From positions 111,680 to 175,679 of the forward strand of contig JAGVZM010000003.1 in NCBI GenBank assembly GCA_018302545.1: a DNA stretch of 64,000 nucleotides, given 5' to 3'. The stretch is from Candidatus Woesearchaeota archaeon. GTDB lineage: Archaea; Nanobdellota; Nanobdellia; SCGC-AAA011-G17; GW2011-AR18. Positions within the stretch are counted from its first letter, which is position 1, and every line of letters starts with the position of its first letter. Below are positions 1-8,735 of the stretch, piece after piece. The translations under genes and the position numbers were made by a program. The notes below the pieces were generated by a model. The model was given only the letters and a program-made list of their open reading frames with translations, had not been told where the DNA came from and did no database searches.

Positions 1-812
1 AGATAAGGATAGTTAGAAGAAGCTTCTTTAAATGCTATCTTCTCCCAAGGAATTTCATCTTCAAATTTAGAAAAAATTTTTCTTTGCATATCTCTTAATT
101 GATATAATTTAATTCTTAGTTCTTTTTTAGAAATTTTTCCATATAATATTTCTAAACCCCACTTGGCACCGGGTCCTATATTAACAAAATCATTATCATT
201 CCAACCTAGTTTAAACCAATTAAAATAAGTTAAATCAGTCCAAATTTCACAAGCTAAAAAAGGACCAACCATTGGTATTTTTATAATATAAGAAAAAGAT
301 TCTTCAGTAGTTTTACTATTATCTATATCTTCAATTAATTTATTTAAATCTAAATTAGCTAAATTTTCTAAAACATTGATATGTTTTATTCCTCTCCCAC
401 CAGAAGATATAAGATAAGCATTATTGAATATAGGTCTACTTTCTTTTAAATTATTAAATCTTTTTATTAATTCAAACTTTAATTCGTCATTTATCTCATT
501 AAAAGGGGGGATATTTAGATCTTCATATAAATTATACAAATTAAAAAACCTATAAAAAATAACATTTATTAAAACAGATTTTCTATCCTTAATATCTTTT
601 AACTTATTAACAAGGTATATTGTACATTTATCTAACTCTCTATACATATTAATAATTTTATATCTTTGTAAAGTTTGATCTTTAGTCCATGGTCTATTTT
701 GTTTTAGAATAAATCTTTTATACCAAATTAATTGTCTCTCATAGACAAACCTAAAAAAATCTAATTCTGTAGGTTTATTAATATCATTTTCTATTTTGTT
801 TTGCATGTTCAT
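1..812 (-). CDS. Partial CDS whose C-terminal end runs off the left window edge; resembles the helical domain of 5-hmdU DNA kinase / aGPT-pyrophosphorylase type DNA base hypermodification proteins (tentative)
   Basis: Not in the supplied ORF track. ATG at 810-812, and the minus frame stays open down to position 3. Translation starts MNMQNKIENDINKPTELDFFRFVYERQLIWYKRFILKQNRPWTKDQTLQRYKIINMYRELDKCTIYL. The block PWTxDxxLQxYxxxNxYRELDxxT matches my memory of that family. No HMM search was possible. Confidence 0.5.
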   Translation of the reverse strand, partial: MNMQNKIENDINKPTELDFFRFVYERQLIWYKRFILKQNRPWTKDQTLQRYKIINMYRELDKCTIYLVNKLKDIKDRKSVLINVIFYRFFNLYNLYEDLNIPPFNEINDELKFELIKRFNNLKESRPIFNNAYLISSGGRGIKHINVLENLANLDLNKLIEDIDNSKTTEESFSYIIKIPMVGPFLACEIWTDLTYFNWFKLGWNDNDFVNIGPGAKWGLEILYGKISKKELRIKLYQLRDMQRKIFSKFEDEIPWEKIAFKEASSNYPY

Positions 813-955
813 AACTTAAAAATCCCCCTTATAAATAACTATCTAACTAACCTTAATTATGGTAAAAAATAATTAAGTTCAAAAACTATTAAAAAATCTT
901 ATAAACTAATTGAGCTCATAAATGCTTAAATATTATAAAATAAAATATTATAAAA

Positions 956-1294
956 TTGAGTATAGAACAGGAATTAAAAAAATCAAAATTTAGGAGTTCT
1001 TTTAAATTGGACTTTAAAGATTTAGAATATATACAACAAAAAGGATTAGAAAAAATAGAGCAACATTGTAAAGATTTTGTAATAAAAAGATTAGCTCCAA
1101 AAAAAATAGCAAATGATGGAAAACAAACACCATTCAAGGGTCATCCGGTGTTTAAAGCACAACATGCAACTGCAACCTGTTGTAGGTCTTGTTTACAAAA
1201 ATGGCACAAAATACCAAAAGATAAAGACTTAAACGGAAGCGAAATAGATTATATTGTGAAATTTCTTATTGATTGGATAAAATCAAATAATTAA
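956..1294 (+). CDS. DUF4186 family protein
   Basis: The 112 aa ORF starts at TTG. The motif NDGKQTPFKGHPVFKAQHATATCCRSCLQKWHKIP is the conserved core of DUF4186. Confidence 0.7.
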   Translation: MSIEQELKKSKFRSSFKLDFKDLEYIQQKGLEKIEQHCKDFVIKRLAPKKIANDGKQTPFKGHPVFKAQHATATCCRSCLQKWHKIPKDKDLNGSEIDYIVKFLIDWIKSNN

Positions 1295-1413
1295 TCATAA
1301 TCTTCATTAGTATCTTCTTCTACTTGTTCTCCCTCCTCTTTTTCTTTTTCTTCAAATTCCACTTCCTCTTCCTCAATAATATCCTGTTTTTTCTTTTTAG
1401 ACTTTTCTGTCAT
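1291..1413 (-). CDS. Small acidic protein (40 aa), hypothetical
   Basis: Hand-found ORF MTEKSKKKKQDIIEEEEVEFEEKEKEEGEQVEEDTNEDYD, too short for the ORF track. A GGGGGT Shine-Dalgarno-like motif lies about 6 nt upstream. It follows the two co-directional upstream genes directly. Confidence 0.3.
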   Translation of the reverse strand: MTEKSKKKKQDIIEEEEVEFEEKEKEEGEQVEEDTNEDYD

Positions 1414-1426
1414 ATTGCCAACCCCC

Positions 1427-1684
1427 TTATATATAATGTTTAATAATAGATACAATAAACAAAATTAAAAAAATCACAAATAAAATTTTAGCCACCCAAG
1501 CAGCAGTTCCAGCTATTCCACTAAAACCAAAAACAGCAGCTATAATTGCGATTATTAAAAAGATTAAGGCCCAACTAAGTAAACTTCCTTTTTTTGCCTT
1601 AATATTACTATTATTGGAAATTTCAGGATAATATTCAATATCTGATTCAATATAATTACTTATCTTTAGATTTTCATGTTCCAT
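1427..1684 (-). CDS. DUF1328 (UPF0391) small membrane protein with N-terminal extension
   Basis: The C-terminal half is [47 protein letters not shown], the typical DUF1328 two-helix motif. Confidence 0.6.
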   Translation of the reverse strand: MEHENLKISNYIESDIEYYPEISNNSNIKAKKGSLLSWALIFLIIAIIAAVFGFSGIAGTAAWVAKILFVIFLILFIVSIIKHYI

Positions 1685-1686
1685 AT

Positions 1687-2001
1687 TTAAGCTTCAACCT
1701 CTCCCAAACTCTCACTACCTAATTCTATAACCTCTCTTTTAATAAACTTGAAAAATTTACTAATACCTCCTTCTTTAGTTTCTTCCTGATACAAAAAAGC
1801 AAGGTTGTTTTCCTCAAAATTATTGAAAAATTCCTCCCAAGATATATCTTCTATAGCAGCTTCTGGGACATCAGGGAAATTAATTGTAAGCAGATCAATA
1901 TCTTTTCCTATCTCTCGAAATTTAGCAGGTTTACCCTTTCTTTTTTCAATCCACTTTTTAATTTCCTCATGATCTATTGTTGTTTTATTTTCTCCAGCCA
2001 T
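1687..2001 (-). CDS. Conserved hypothetical protein
   Basis: 104 aa. The [20 protein letters not shown]...[23 protein letters not shown] pattern recalls a widespread small uncharacterised prokaryotic family. Confidence 0.5.
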   Translation of the reverse strand: MAGENKTTIDHEEIKKWIEKRKGKPAKFREIGKDIDLLTINFPDVPEAAIEDISWEEFFNNFEENNLAFLYQEETKEGGISKFFKFIKREVIELGSESLGEVEA

Positions 2002-2144
2002 AAAAAGAAGAATACGTTTTATGATTATAAAATTTCTTCAAATAAAAAATAGAGAATAATCAAAACTAAATAAAATATATAACCTGCCTATAAATACGTT
2101 TTTGAAATGATAAAGAATAAATATTACTATAAATCGAACAATAT

Positions 2145-2807
2145 ATGGTAAAGATTTGTGGTATAGATGATGCTGGTAGAGGTCCAGTCATCGGTCCAAT
2201 GGTATTAGCAGGTATTCTAATAGATGAGAAAGACTTAGATAAACTAAAAGAATTGGGAGCAAAAGACTCTAAAGATTTAACTCCCAAACAAAGAGAATTA
2301 ATATATTCAAAGATAGTAAAAGAGTTTAAAATATACAAAATAGTGAAATCAACACCACAACAAATAGATCAAGCATTAAACTCTAGTAATTCAAATTTAA
2401 ATTGGTTTGAAGCAGACAAAATGATAGAAATAATCAATACTTTAAATCCAGAAAAAGTAATTATCGATTGTCCAAGTAATAATATTCCTGCATTTACAGA
2501 ATACTTAGAAAATAAAATAAAAACAAAAACCCAAATTATTTGTGAACATAAAGCAGATTCAAAATACCCTATAGTTGGTGCAGCTTCAATATTAGCAAAG
2601 GTAACAAGGGATGCAGAAATCGAAAAAATAAAAAAAGAATTAAGAGCCGATTTTGGTTCGGGCTATCCATCTGATCCCAAAACTAAAAAATTCTTAAAAG
2701 AGAATTGGAATAAATATCCAGGAATATTCAGAACAACTTGGTCATCATATAAAAATGTTTCAGAAGGTAAAAATTCTAAAAAACAAAAAACACTAGCAGA
2801 TTTCTAG
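2145..2807 (+). CDS. rnhB: Ribonuclease HII
   Basis: N-terminal ICGIDDAGRGPVIGPMVLAG catalytic motif, plus ASILAKVTRD and GSGYPSD motifs. The 220 aa length is typical for archaeal RNase HII. Confidence 0.9.
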   Translation: MVKICGIDDAGRGPVIGPMVLAGILIDEKDLDKLKELGAKDSKDLTPKQRELIYSKIVKEFKIYKIVKSTPQQIDQALNSSNSNLNWFEADKMIEIINTLNPEKVIIDCPSNNIPAFTEYLENKIKTKTQIICEHKADSKYPIVGAASILAKVTRDAEIEKIKKELRADFGSGYPSDPKTKKFLKENWNKYPGIFRTTWSSYKNVSEGKNSKKQKTLADF

Positions 2808-2843
2808 CAAAATCAATATAAACTTGAAAAATATTAATAAATT

Positions 2844-3403
2844 ATGATGGGGGGAATAAGTAATAAAAATATATTGGATGAATTTGCCATAAATTTTGTA
2901 AAATAATAGAGAATTATGTAGACTATATAATAGTCTCTGGTTTTGTAGCAATATCATCTGGTAGAATAAGAGGTACAGAAGGTATAGATATGATTGTAGA
3001 ATCCATGTCAAAAGAAAAATTTTCAGAATTACATAAAGATTTAATAAAAAATAATTTTGTATGCATGCAATCAGATAGTTCAGAAGAGATTTATTCCTAT
3101 TTAAAAAAATATTTAAGTGTAAGATATACTTATGATCAAATGCCTTTACCAGAAATGGAAGTAAAATTTGCGAAAGACGAATTAGATAAATATCAAATAA
3201 AAACTAAAATAAAATTGCCGCAAACAGGCTTAGATTTATATTTCGGATCAATAAATATGAATATCGCTTTCAAAGAAGAATTATTAAAATCTGAAAAAGA
3301 TATGGAAGATTCTTCACATTTAAGAAAAGTTTATCCAGAATTAATTAGTGAAGATGAAATAAGAAAAATAAAAAAAATGATAAGAAAATTGAGGTTAAAT
3401 TGA
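2844..3403 (+). pseudogene. Nucleotidyltransferase-like gene split by a 1-nt frameshift in an A-run; the longest ATG ORF is 2990-3403
   Basis: Frame a (2844-2906) reads MMGGISNKNILDEFAINFVK then stops. Frame b is open from 2882 and reads ..KIIENYVDYIIVSGFVAISSGRIRGTEGIDMIVES, continuing into the track ORF. One extra A in the run at 2900-2903 would join the two frames. The hGGxAx5GRxRxTxDID-like pattern resembles minimal NTases, but the second acidic residue is missing. Confidence 0.4.
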
Positions 3404-3624
3404 GAGACAAAACACACCAAGACTTTATTGAAAGATGGGCAGAATATGTTAAAAATAATCCAGACTGGAAAAAACATCAGACAGATTTCATAAATGCTCA
3501 ATATGAAAAATTTGAAATATTTATAAAGAATTTAGCAAAAACCAAAGAAGGCCAGGAAAAAATAGTTCAATTATATAAAATAAAAAACATTAAAGGTTAT
3601 AAAAAATTATTAGATAAATTGTGA
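3400..3624 (+). CDS. Hypothetical protein (74 aa, TTG start, 4-nt overlap with the upstream gene)
   Basis: Only ORF-track support and translational coupling. I recognise no motif. Confidence 0.35.
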   Translation: MRDKTHQDFIERWAEYVKNNPDWKKHQTDFINAQYEKFEIFIKNLAKTKEGQEKIVQLYKIKNIKGYKKLLDKL

Positions 3625-3625
3625 A

Positions 3626-4390
3626 CTACCTTCGAATTTTATTTTTAGTAATTTTTGAATTCTCAAATTCAAATGTTTGAGCAAATAAAGCAATTATACT
3701 AACAAAAAATAAAAATAAAATAATTAAATAAAACGCGAATGTCAATATATTTAATATTACAGAATAAACAATACTTGAACCAATTATACTGCTTAAATTT
3801 AATATTAATTTATTAATTATAACAGATAAAACAGAGTAAACAATTAGAAATAATATTAATAAACCAAATGCAACAAAATAATTTTTTGTAAATACATTTT
3901 TTAATATTTTATTAAATTTAAATCCAGAAATAAAAGAGTTATTTACTGAGACCATAGTAAATATTGAAGGTAAGAATAAAATTAATAAAATTAAATAAAC
4001 AAAAGTAATTATGAAACCAAAATTTCCATTTACAAAAGTTGTAAGTTGATATATTATTCCATAAATTACAAAAATTAATAATAATTTAAATCCTAAAACT
4101 ATACTTTCGAAACTAAATAATTTGGGAATGTTAAAATATAGTTTTTCAGAAACACCCCTAGCAAAATTACTCAAATTACCAATAATTAATAGTGTCAGTA
4201 AAAAAGCTAGTAAGAAAAAAATAATTTGAATTATAATTATAAAAACTGAAGAGATGTTAATTAAATTATTTAAAAAATCAACACCAACAAAAGCTACAAA
4301 TAGAACTATAATAATTAAATATAATAGAGCATAAAGAATTACTTTTCCAAAATTGAGATATGGTGCCTTAAGAGCATTTTTAATTTCCAT
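3626..4390 (-). CDS. Polytopic membrane protein, hypothetical
   Basis: Multiple hydrophobic helices. I chose the internal Met (MEIKNALKAPYLNFG) as the start because the longer ORF overlaps the upstream gene by 35 nt. Confidence 0.5.
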   Translation of the reverse strand: MEIKNALKAPYLNFGKVILYALLYLIIIVLFVAFVGVDFLNNLINISSVFIIIIQIIFFLLAFLLTLLIIGNLSNFARGVSEKLYFNIPKLFSFESIVLGFKLLLIFVIYGIIYQLTTFVNGNFGFIITFVYLILLILFLPSIFTMVSVNNSFISGFKFNKILKNVFTKNYFVAFGLLILFLIVYSVLSVIINKLILNLSSIIGSSIVYSVILNILTFAFYLIILFLFFVSIIALFAQTFEFENSKITKNKIRR

Positions 4391-4391
4391 T

Positions 4392-5927
4392 TTATATATT
4401 TGCCTCCAATGTTCCAGAAAAACCAAAGGTGAAGCTATTAAATGCTTGTCCCATTACATAACTTCTTGCTTGAGTAGCTTGTCTAGGATTTGATTGTAAA
4501 ACAACTGATAATAAATTTGAGGATAAAGATCCAAGAGTGTTTATGGGATTTAAACTTAGTAAATCAACATTATTTTTATGATTATTAACGCTAAAAATTT
4601 TTACCTGCTTATCAACACTTATAAATCTAGGCAATAATAAACCAATTTGAGTTTTTTTGTCTATTAAAATTCCAGGTAAAATTTGATTTACTTTCTTTGG
4701 AGGGTTATATTTAATTTGAATGTGTTTACTTAATGCACTAATAATTGCAACTTTATCTGGACATGCATTTCTCACATCATTCCAAAGATTGTTAAATGAC
4801 TTTATTTTTATGTTTCCAATATTATTTTCAGTGTTCACACCATTTAATTTTATACTACTACTATCTAAATAAAAATGTTTTTGTTCTATTCCTAATACTC
4901 GATAATCTCCTGTTTTAATTCCAAATTCGTTCAGATCAAAATGAATGTTTAATGGCAGATCTATATTTTCACCAATAGATATTTTTCCCAAATAATTGTC
5001 TACTTGGCCTTGACACGAAACTTTATTATCTGAATAGACTACAACACCTTGATTAAATTTCTCACAACTATAACATCCTTGGTTTTCTTTAGAGGGTTTA
5101 CAATAAGATTGTCCATTTGAAACTTTTGTACAACTTTCATAGCAACTTTGATAATTATTATAATTTCCTTTAGGACATAATTTTGCACAACTATAGCACC
5201 CTTTGTATTCTTTAGATTGCTCACAAATACCTAATCCATTTTTAGTGCAGCTCTGATAACAAGCAGCATAGCCTTTCAAATCATTAGGACATTCATCGAT
5301 TTTTCCTGTGTTATCCTCTATACCCACAAGAGTTAAATTCTCTATAAGAGAAGGACATTGGTAACAGGTTAAACTAAAAAATTGATTTTTAGCCCTTAAT
5401 TTCTCTATTGCATTACAGGGTGGGTTAAAACAATCTTTATTACATTCTTCAATAAGTTTATATTCTCCTTGTTCACACGAATAAGCTGTTCCATTCTCAT
5501 CAAATATCTTAGAACGGCCGCAATACCAACATTTTTGTATCTGATAATTTGCACCTGTTTTATAACTTTCTGAACAGAATCCATTGCCCCTACAAACGTT
5601 CTCACATTCTTCTTTAGTATCATATTGATCTGGGGTTTGTGGTGTCTTACAAGTTGTAAAAATCGAAAGAGGTATACATTTACCTTCTTTGCAAGCAGTA
5701 TTTTCAGGACAAGCTTCTAGTTTAGAAGTACACCTACCTGGAACACCCGCTAAAATATTAATGCCAATATCACATATAGGGTATTCTATTGTTGAACTAG
5801 ATGCACAATTAATAGCCCCACAATCATAATCATCAACACAGTTTTCTCCATCGTTTTTCCCAGCATAAACAAAAGGTAAAACTAATAATAGAATAAAAAC
5901 AAGAAGAATTATTTTATGTTTTATCAA
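4392..5927 (-). CDS. Secreted cysteine-rich repeat protein
   Basis: Signal peptide MIKHKIILLVFILLLVLPFVYAG. About 45 Cys residues fall in the first 300 aa, including four tandem modules that end in C-[WY]-x-C. The C-terminal ~200 aa are Cys-free. Confidence 0.7.
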   Translation of the reverse strand: MIKHKIILLVFILLLVLPFVYAGKNDGENCVDDYDCGAINCASSSTIEYPICDIGINILAGVPGRCTSKLEACPENTACKEGKCIPLSIFTTCKTPQTPDQYDTKEECENVCRGNGFCSESYKTGANYQIQKCWYCGRSKIFDENGTAYSCEQGEYKLIEECNKDCFNPPCNAIEKLRAKNQFFSLTCYQCPSLIENLTLVGIEDNTGKIDECPNDLKGYAACYQSCTKNGLGICEQSKEYKGCYSCAKLCPKGNYNNYQSCYESCTKVSNGQSYCKPSKENQGCYSCEKFNQGVVVYSDNKVSCQGQVDNYLGKISIGENIDLPLNIHFDLNEFGIKTGDYRVLGIEQKHFYLDSSSIKLNGVNTENNIGNIKIKSFNNLWNDVRNACPDKVAIISALSKHIQIKYNPPKKVNQILPGILIDKKTQIGLLLPRFISVDKQVKIFSVNNHKNNVDLLSLNPINTLGSLSSNLLSVVLQSNPRQATQARSYVMGQAFNSFTFGFSGTLEANI

Positions 5928-6013
5928 GTATCACACCATTTAATTTTCTATCGTATTGTTATTATATAAATCTATCTCAAAAGATTTTTAAAAATAGAAT
6001 ATTTTACAAATTC

Positions 6014-6297
6014 ATGAAATCAGAGATACAATATTCAGATTTTGAAAAAGTAGATTTAAGAGCAGGGACTAAATAGATTTAGGAGAAATAGGAATTAAAC
6101 AATCAAGTGCTCAAATAACTCATGAATATTCTAAAGAAGAATTGATTGGAAAACAAGTTGTGTGTGTAGTGAATTTTCCTAAAAAACAAATAGGCCCGTT
6201 TATTTCTGAAGTTCTAACAACAGGATTTGACGGAGAAAAAGGAGTTGTTTTAACAACAATAGATAAAAAAGTAAGAAATGGGATGAAACTTTACTAA
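6014..6297 (+). pseudogene. CsaA/Trbp111-type tRNA-binding domain gene, disrupted by an internal deletion and frameshift
   Basis: Frame 1 reads [20 protein letters not shown] then stops. A different frame reads [74 protein letters not shown] then stops. Both halves match the CsaA OB-fold, but about 17 residues between them are missing. Confidence 0.6.
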
Positions 6298-6352
6298 AAT
6301 CTATATATTAAACTCCAGAAAATTATATTAATATTACAAAAATCTTGAAATT

Positions 6353-7462
6353 ATGGATCAAATTCGTAATTTATTCGATAGGAGTTATGATCTATTTAAA
6401 CCACTACTTTTTTATTTAACTAAAAGAGATCCAGAAACCGCACACAACATTTTCGTAAAATTTGCTCAAGCTTTACATGAATTAAGACTAGAAAAGTTTG
6501 TTTTAGATAATGAAGAAAATGAATTAGAATCTCCAATAGAAATTTCAAATGCTGCAGGTTTAAACAAAAATGGAGAAATTCCACCAAGTTTTTTAGCGTA
6601 TTTAGGTTTTGATAGAGTTGTAATCGGTACAGTGACTTATGAGCCTTGGAAAGGAAATGAAAGACCCAGATGTAAAAGATATGAATCTACAGCATCTTTA
6701 GTTAATTGGTTAGGACTTCCAGGACATGGAGTTAAAAAAGTAGCTGAAAGAATAATAGAATACAGAGATCCTAAAACCCCAATAACAATTAATGTAATGG
6801 CTACACCATCAAAAAAAGGAGATGATGCATTAGAAGATATAAAATATACAATAGAAATTCTCAGACATTTTCAAAATATAGATAGGTTTGAATTAAATAT
6901 ATCCTGTCCAAATACCCATTCTTCAAATGGTGCTATAGATGCAAGATCTGAATATCAAAAAAATTTAGATGATATGTTAAGAATAACTGATGCATACTTA
7001 CTAGAATCTCAAGAACTTGATGTTAAGTTATCTCCAGATTTAGACGAAAGGGGAATAAAAACAATTTTAGAAGTTGCAAGTGATCACAGGATTCATGGAT
7101 TTACAATAGGAAACACCACAACTAATCATGATGAATACCATATACCAAAATCTCCAGGAAAAGGGGGAGCAAGTGGAAATGCAGTTTATGCAGCATCATT
7201 AAAAGTTCAACAAATGTTCTATGAAGAAATGAGAAGACAAGGAAGGAGTTATAGAATAAATGCTTGTGGTGGTATAAACTCAATAATAAGGGCTAAACAA
7301 AGAGTTGATTATGGAGCAACGGGAATTCAGGTTTATACTCCTCTAATATTTACAGGCCCAAAATTAGTTAGATACTTGAGAAGAGGGTTAGTTAATGTGA
7401 AATTTAATGAGATTAAAGAAGATATTGAAAGATTAGTTATTGATAATGCAAGAGTTCAATAA
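6353..7462 (+). CDS. pyrD: Dihydroorotate dehydrogenase (class 2-like fold)
   Basis: Motifs NAAGLNKNGE, IGTVTYEPWKGNERPR, LGLPGHG, LNISCPNT, KLSPDL, GNTT, GGASG and ACGGI are collinear with DHODH. The catalytic position is Cys (NISCPNT). Confidence 0.8.
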   Translation: MDQIRNLFDRSYDLFKPLLFYLTKRDPETAHNIFVKFAQALHELRLEKFVLDNEENELESPIEISNAAGLNKNGEIPPSFLAYLGFDRVVIGTVTYEPWKGNERPRCKRYESTASLVNWLGLPGHGVKKVAERIIEYRDPKTPITINVMATPSKKGDDALEDIKYTIEILRHFQNIDRFELNISCPNTHSSNGAIDARSEYQKNLDDMLRITDAYLLESQELDVKLSPDLDERGIKTILEVASDHRIHGFTIGNTTTNHDEYHIPKSPGKGGASGNAVYAASLKVQQMFYEEMRRQGRSYRINACGGINSIIRAKQRVDYGATGIQVYTPLIFTGPKLVRYLRRGLVNVKFNEIKEDIERLVIDNARVQ

Positions 7463-7501
7463 CGAGTAATTTTTATTAATATAGTTAATCATCTATAAAA
7501 T

Positions 7502-8473
7502 ATGAAAATCAAAGATCCAATTTACGGAGAGTTTGAAATCAAAGAGCCAGTTCTAATAGAACTAATAAATTCAAAACCAGTTCAAAGGTTAAAAAATATT
7601 GACCAAAATGGTTTACCAAAAGAATACACAGATTTTCCTCGTTGTAATAGATATGATCATTCCATCGGTGTAATGTTAATATTAAGGAAATTAGGTGCTT
7701 CTGTAGAAGAACAAATAGCTGGTTTATTGCATGATGTAGCTCATACAGCATTCTCTCACATGATAGACTGGGTAATACCTAATCTAAATGAAGATTATCA
7801 TGAAAAAAATCATGAAAAAATATTGATGAATTCTGAAATACCAGGAATATTAAAAAAATATAATTTTGATATAAATAGAATAATAAATGTTGAGAATTAT
7901 TCCTTACTAGAAAATAAGATTCCTGATCTTTGTGCAGACCGTGTTGAGTATTCTATAAGGGAGTTTTATCTTTGGGCAAATCCATCAAAAGCTAAATTTT
8001 GTTATAGTAGTTTAGTAAACTATAATGGCAAAATAATTCTTAGCTCAATGAAGGCTGCAGAAATTTTCGCCAAAACTTACCTAAAATGTCAAAAAGAATA
8101 TTGGTCAGGAACAGAAAATAAAGTTCAATATTATTTATTTGCTAAAATCTTAAAAATTGCTCTAAAAGAAAAAATAATTAATACTAAAGATTTTTATCAA
8201 GATGATAACTTAATAATGAAAAAATTAAAAGAGAGTAAAAATAAAAATGTAGAGGAGATATTCTCTATATTAAAATCACCAAGATTTGAAGAGGTAGAGA
8301 CAGACCCTAAAATAATATTAACTAACAAACTGAGATATGTAGATCCAGAGTTTTTAGAAAACGGTGAAATTTATAGATTAAGCGAAGTAAACGAAGATTA
8401 TAAAATTTCTATAGAAGAATTAAAAGAATCGCATAAAAAAGGAATTAAAGTAAACCTTCTAGATGAATTCTAA
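7502..8473 (+). CDS. HD-domain metal-dependent phosphohydrolase
   Basis: RYDHSIGV ... LLHDVAHTAFSH ... DRVEY motifs, typical of COG1078-type HD hydrolases. Confidence 0.75.
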   Translation: MKIKDPIYGEFEIKEPVLIELINSKPVQRLKNIDQNGLPKEYTDFPRCNRYDHSIGVMLILRKLGASVEEQIAGLLHDVAHTAFSHMIDWVIPNLNEDYHEKNHEKILMNSEIPGILKKYNFDINRIINVENYSLLENKIPDLCADRVEYSIREFYLWANPSKAKFCYSSLVNYNGKIILSSMKAAEIFAKTYLKCQKEYWSGTENKVQYYLFAKILKIALKEKIINTKDFYQDDNLIMKKLKESKNKNVEEIFSILKSPRFEEVETDPKIILTNKLRYVDPEFLENGEIYRLSEVNEDYKISIEELKESHKKGIKVNLLDEF

Positions 8474-8701
8474 AATCTTTTCTTTACTTCTAAAACCAGA
8501 GACAATTCTAACTTTTTTCTTAAGCTCTTTTGATAAAAATTTAATCAAATCCAAATTAGCTTCTCCATCAATTGGTTTAGCCTTTAAACTAATCCTATAA
8601 GTGTTGTTTTCAAAACTTAAAATAGAATTATCTTTGGAATTTGTTTTGACAATTACTTTAAACTTGTTTGTTTTAAAATCCATATTAAATAAAGAGAACA
8701 A
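8459..8701 (-). CDS. DUF167 (YggU/UPF0235) family protein
   Basis: VKTNSKDNSI...LKAKPIDGEANLDLIKFLSKELKKKVRIVSGFRSKEK matches the DUF167 pattern. Confidence 0.65.
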   Translation of the reverse strand: MFSLFNMDFKTNKFKVIVKTNSKDNSILSFENNTYRISLKAKPIDGEANLDLIKFLSKELKKKVRIVSGFRSKEKILEFI

Positions 8702-8735
8702 AGGTTTATATATCTAATCTCAAATATCTATCTTT

